A DNA stretch of 64,000 bases from Dehalococcoidia bacterium (GTDB lineage: Bacteria > Chloroflexota > Dehalococcoidia > Lucifugimonadales > UBA3495), in contig CBDCPI010000008.1 of NCBI GenBank assembly GCA_965220245.1, forward strand, positions 198,412 through 262,411. The letters are read 5' to 3'. Position numbers and translations under genes: made by a program. Below the pieces are notes generated by a model. It was given only the letters and a program-made list of their open reading frames with translations. It did no database searches and was not told the origin of the DNA. Every line of letters begins with the position of its first letter. Position 1 is the stretch's first letter. Below, in pieces: positions 56,079 through 64,000 of the stretch.

Positions 56079-57039
56079 AGTGCCTATCCTAAAAACAGAA
56101 TTCGAGCTAAACTAGTGGTATGACGAAAGCGAAGGAACCCAAGCCGCCACGACCGAAGCGCGCCGGCCCAGCGGCGCCGGTCAACCCCACCACCGGCTCC
56201 TTTCAGGTATCCGATGAACTGTGGGAAGTGCTGGCCCCGTTGCTTCCCCAGCGGGTGAACACTCATCCCCGGGGCGGAGGCCGTCCCCGGGTCCCGGACC
56301 GGACCTGCGCCAACGGCATATTCTACGTGCTGCGCACCGGCTGCCAATGGAAAGCCCTGGATGCCACGGGCATTTGCTCCGGATCCACCGCCCATCTGCG
56401 CTTCCAGGAGTGGGCCGCCGCCGGGGTGTTCCTGGAGCTGTGGCGGGCGGGCCTGCAAGAGTACGATGAATTGAAGGGTCTGGACTGGAGTTGGCTGAGC
56501 ATGGACGGGGCGATAACCAAATCCCCCCTGGGCGGGGGGAAAAACCGGCCCCAACCCCACGGACCGGGGCAAGAGCGGGGTCAAACGCAGTCTGTTGACC
56601 GAAGCTGAGGGCATCCCGGTGGGGCTGGCGGTGGACGGAGCCAACCGCCACGACATGAAACTGGTGCGGGCTACGCTGGACAGTTTCCCGGTGCCGCGCC
56701 CGGCGCCCACTCCGGAGCGTCCCCAAGGTCTGTGCCTGGACAAGGGCTATGACTATGAGGAGGTGCGCCGAACCCTGGAGGAATTCGGCTTCACCGCCCA
56801 CATCCGCAGCCGGGGCGAGGAGGCCCAGGCCATCAAAGCCCAGGCCATCAAAAAGGAGGCTGGCTTCAAAGCCCGGCGCTGGGTGGTGGAACGCACCCAC
56901 AGTTGGATGAACCGCTTCCGGCGCATTCTGGTGCGCTGGGACAAGTTTCCCAGAAACTACATCGCCTTTCTTCATTTCGCCTGTGCCCTTATTGCTTTCA
57001 GGGCTGCCGGATTATTAGGATAGGCTCTTAGTCGCTGCC
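56079..57039 (+). mobile_element. IS5-family (IS427/IS1031-like) insertion sequence with TA target duplication
   Basis: The inverted repeats are AGTGCCTATCCTAA and TTAGGATAGGCTCT. TA lies at 56077-56078 and 57040-57041. Removing the IS and one TA restores the host transposase frame (...KPP-S-RCRPIT...). Confidence 0.85.
56120..57023 (+). CDS. IS5-family transposase in two overlapping frames (orfA 56120-56608, orfB ~56535-57023)
   Basis: orfA contains NGIFYVLRTGCQWKALD. orfB contains GGKTGPNPTDRGKSGVKRSLLTEAEGIPVGLAVDGANRHD...LDKGYD...RWVVERTHSWMNRFRRI. The frames meet at the G6A5 run 56534-56544, and orfB is in the +1 frame. Confidence 0.8.
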
Positions 57040-57541
57040 GCCCAATCACCGCACCAACCAATCGAGGCCCGCAGAGAAGGACCGTCAGTGTGCTCCAGTT
57101 GGGAATAAGTTGTCTGACTAGGTTGCTGCCCAAGGGCAGACTGTGGCGGAGGGTCTGGCTGCTTCCTGAACCGTGGCCCGGACCACCACCAAATCTGAAG
57201 ATAATCTATAGTCCTTATACCTGAAACACCAGATACCTATCCCTGTCAGGCAGGAGAGGGCTAGGGTGAGGGGCGTACCCAACAATTCAGGCATGGCAAA
57301 CTTGGCTTATTTAGGAAGAATTTCCCCTCATCCCTTCGGCAAGCTCAGGACAGGCCTAACCTTCTTCTCAAGGGAGAAGGGACTTCTAACACACCCTCTT
57401 AGGCCCGGCGTTTTCCGGTATTGTTCCCAATATCGACCCTCTTTCTCCACTAACTCCGTAATCGGTCAAATATACCCGAATTGTCTTGACATCCAACCTG
57501 CCTGAAACGAGAGTAGGGGGCAATCTTTCCGTTAAAATCCA

Positions 57542-58183
57542 TTGGGTTACGGACAGTTGAGCATCCCTTCTCGCGAGTTTAGACGTCAGCGCTTGGTAGA
57601 TAGCGCTAAAGAGGCGTTCGCTAACAAAGGCTACCACGAGACCAGTATTTCGGAAATTGTGCGGAGGGCGGGAATTGCGCGTAGTACCTTCTACCAGTAC
57701 TTCGACTCCAAGTTACATCTCTTCGAGAGCATCCTCGACTCTTTCTTGGAAGACCTCCATGAGGCCATCCGGCCCATATCCTTGGCGCCCGGGGCCGCTA
57801 CCCCCATGGTCCAAATCCAGGAAAACCTGACCCGGGTACTGGGGTTGGTGCTGGGAGAAAGGGACCTGACTCGCATCCTGATGCACCATAGCGGTTCACC
57901 GGACCGCTCGGTGGTGGGAAGGCTGGATGCCTTCTATGACGAAGCCGCCGAGATGATCCAGCGCTCCCTCAAGTTGGGGATCGCCATGAACTTGGTCCGC
58001 CCCTGTGACATCAGAGTAACTTCTTATTCCATAATCGGCGCTGTCAAAGAGGTGGTATTCCAATTGTCTCAGTCCCAAGAACCTCAGCCGTCCACCCATA
58101 AATTGGCCCGGCAACTCCAAGAATTCGCTATGGCCGGTATCTTGGTCCAGCCTCAAAGCTCTTTGATGCCCACCGGACGTTAA
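57542..58183 (+). CDS. TetR/AcrR-family transcriptional regulator
   Basis: 213 aa with the HTH segment FANKGYHETSISEIVRRAGIARSTFYQYFDSK. The track start is TTG and is uncertain. Confidence 0.85.
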   Translation: MGYGQLSIPSREFRRQRLVDSAKEAFANKGYHETSISEIVRRAGIARSTFYQYFDSKLHLFESILDSFLEDLHEAIRPISLAPGAATPMVQIQENLTRVLGLVLGERDLTRILMHHSGSPDRSVVGRLDAFYDEAAEMIQRSLKLGIAMNLVRPCDIRVTSYSIIGAVKEVVFQLSQSQEPQPSTHKLARQLQEFAMAGILVQPQSSLMPTGR

Positions 58184-58209
58184 GCCAAATAGCGCCAACC
58201 CAATCCTAA

Positions 58210-62382
<4,173 letters not shown>

Positions 62383-62438
62383 CCGAGAAACAACCAAACA
62401 ACCTTCGTAGACCCGAGGTATAGCGCTTAGGAGGAATA

Positions 62439-63983
62439 GTGATGGCCAAAGTCCTTGACGAGACCGAAATTGACGTCCAAGTAAAGCAATACGAAGAACA
62501 GCTTCGTAATGAGATGGGGCTGAATGGCAAGGAAGTCGACCACTTCCAAAAACCCCACGAATTCCAATGGACCAAAGACCAGAAGGACACCACGACCATC
62601 CTCTGGGGCGGGTTGACCCTAAACCACGAGGAACTGATCAACGAGGCCATGAAGGGCCTGGGTTACAACATCCGCCTGCTGCCCTGTCCCGACAATGAGT
62701 CTTTGGCCGTGGGTAAAGAGTACGGCAACCGGGGCCAGTGCAACCCCACCTACTACACCGTGGGTAACTTGGTCAAGCACCTGAAACAACTCAAGGAGCA
62801 AGGCGAAGAAAACATCGAAGACCGGTACGTCTTTGTTACCGCCGGTGCCTGCGGACCGTGCCGCTTCGGTATGTACGAGTCCGAGTACCGGAAGGCCCTG
62901 CGGGACTCCGGGTTTGACAACTTTCGCGTATTGCTCTTCAAGCAATCCGGCGGCCTGAACCAAGACGACGGGGAATCGGCCCTAGAGCTAAATGCCAAGT
63001 TTGCCATGACGTTGCTCAAGGGCATCATGGTCGGCGACATGATCAACGACCTCGGCTACAAGATCCGCCCCTACGAGGTGAACCCCGGCGAGACGGACCG
63101 GGTTAACCAAGAAGCCATCAGGATTTTGGGCGATGCCCTTAGGGATGGGACTTCCACTTTCCGGGCGTTGCGGCGGGTGCGAAAGATGTACAAAGAGATC
63201 AAGGTCGATTTCACCCGCATCAAGCCCAAGGTCAAAATCACCGGCGAGTTCTGGGCCCAGACGACCGAGGGCGACGGCAACTACCACATGTTCCGGTGGT
63301 TGGAATCCGAAGGGGCTGAGGTCATGGTCGAGCCCATCGGCACCTGGATCGAGTATCTGATCTGGGCCGCCCGGAACAACGCCGAACAGCACCTGGTCAT
63401 CGACAAGTCCAAGAAGAGCTCCATTCGCAAAATCAAGGCGGTCCAAGTCGCTTTCCGGACGTGGTACAACCTGTACCGCTGGGGCCTTGGGTTCAAGACC
63501 GATTCTCTGCCCAACCAGAAGAAGCTGGCGGAGTATGCCAAAGCCTACTACGACAGCCACCTGAAAGGCGGCGAGGGCCACTTGGAGATAGGCAAGAACA
63601 TTATGGCGACCAAGGACAAGCACGCCCAAATGGTGATCTCCCTCAAGCCCTTTGGCTGTATGCCCAGCACCATGAGCGACGGGGTGCAAAGCCGGGTGGT
63701 GGCGGACTACAAGGACGCTATTTACCTGCCCGTTGAGACCTCCGGAGACGGAGAGGTAAACGTCAAGAGCCGCACTCAAATGAAGCTCTACGAAGCCAAG
63801 ATCAAGGCCCGCCAAGAGCTAGCCGAGGTCTTGGAGCACCACGATGTGACCATCGAGCAGGTCAGAGAGTACGTGGACAAGCATCCCAAGTATGCCAGCG
63901 GAATGCTGATGTTGCAGCACCACCACGGAATCAGCACCGCCGCTAATTTCGTCTCCATGGTGGCCCCCCACATCAAGAAGTAG
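62439..63983 (+). CDS. 2-hydroxyacyl-CoA dehydratase-related / activase-associated partner protein
   Basis: 514 aa. AGGAGGAATAG Shine-Dalgarno ends 3 nt upstream of the start. It has conserved Cys-containing blocks GNRGQCNPTYY, TAGACGPCRFGMYE and KPFGCMPS. Confidence 0.6.
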   Translation: MMAKVLDETEIDVQVKQYEEQLRNEMGLNGKEVDHFQKPHEFQWTKDQKDTTTILWGGLTLNHEELINEAMKGLGYNIRLLPCPDNESLAVGKEYGNRGQCNPTYYTVGNLVKHLKQLKEQGEENIEDRYVFVTAGACGPCRFGMYESEYRKALRDSGFDNFRVLLFKQSGGLNQDDGESALELNAKFAMTLLKGIMVGDMINDLGYKIRPYEVNPGETDRVNQEAIRILGDALRDGTSTFRALRRVRKMYKEIKVDFTRIKPKVKITGEFWAQTTEGDGNYHMFRWLESEGAEVMVEPIGTWIEYLIWAARNNAEQHLVIDKSKKSSIRKIKAVQVAFRTWYNLYRWGLGFKTDSLPNQKKLAEYAKAYYDSHLKGGEGHLEIGKNIMATKDKHAQMVISLKPFGCMPSTMSDGVQSRVVADYKDAIYLPVETSGDGEVNVKSRTQMKLYEAKIKARQELAEVLEHHDVTIEQVREYVDKHPKYASGMLMLQHHHGISTAANFVSMVAPHIKK

Positions 63984-64000
63984 AATGGCTCTCGGTCTTA

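Larger units (their letters stand above)
55013..57224 (+). pseudogene. IS4-family DDE transposase, inactivated (13-bp repeat expansion, one further frameshift, IS5 insertion)
   Basis: The pieces are 55013-55363, 55398-~55625, ~55625-56078 and 57042-57224. The Y(2)R(3)E(6)K motif YGLRFWIEPGFKALK is present. The C-terminal end RRTVSVLQLG...LLPEPWP resumes after the nested IS. Confidence 0.75.
54886..57272 (+). mobile_element. decayed IS4-family element carrying a nested IS5-family element
   Basis: The core inverted repeats are CTGACAGGGGTAGGTA (54909-54924) and TACCTATCCCTGTCAG (57234-57249). Outward pairing may extend to ~39 bp, or may be a flanking REP palindrome. The outer limits are approximate. 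Confidence 0.7.

Overview
This is a high-GC (roughly 60% by eye) bacterial chromosomal segment. The split gcvPA/gcvPB, rex and dense REP/MITE families suggest a Chloroflexota-like Terrabacterium, but I cannot verify that here.

Core genes:
- atpG, an inserted retropepsin-like ORF, atpD, atpC
- rex
- glycine cleavage genes gcvT-gcvH-gcvPA-gcvPB
- a glycine-betaine ABC transporter (proV, proW, proX)
- an LprG-like lipoprotein with an MFS pump
- obg, a nadD-pyrE fusion, a ygfZ-like gene, an erpA-like gene, acs, and an acyl-CoA dehydrogenase

Accessory content:
- two HicAB modules and one HigBA module
- two Uma2 nucleases
- an IS701-like element with a TTAG target duplication
- a decayed IS4-like element that carries a nested IS5-like element
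- at least four short MITE/REP families and two tandem microrepeats

Observations I rank highest:
1. A two-domain rhodanese whose catalytic-Cys codon is an in-frame TGA followed by a hairpin, making it a candidate selenoprotein (52309-53139).
2. A TetR-linked giant double HgdC/BcrA-type ATPase fused to an activase-associated domain, with a dehydratase-like partner (57542-63983).
3. A 12-gene co-directional block: cysteine-dioxygenase-like cupin, 4x rhodanese, two cytoplasmic sulfite-oxidase-family Mo enzymes, MFS, and MoxR/VWA (31947-42342).
4. A radical SAM/SPASM gene followed by two PAP2_3 membrane paralogs (28338-31871).
5. A cluster of DnaA-box-like sites upstream of obg.

I recognised no rRNA, tRNA or CRISPR array. 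All homology calls come from motif recognition by eye, not from searches.
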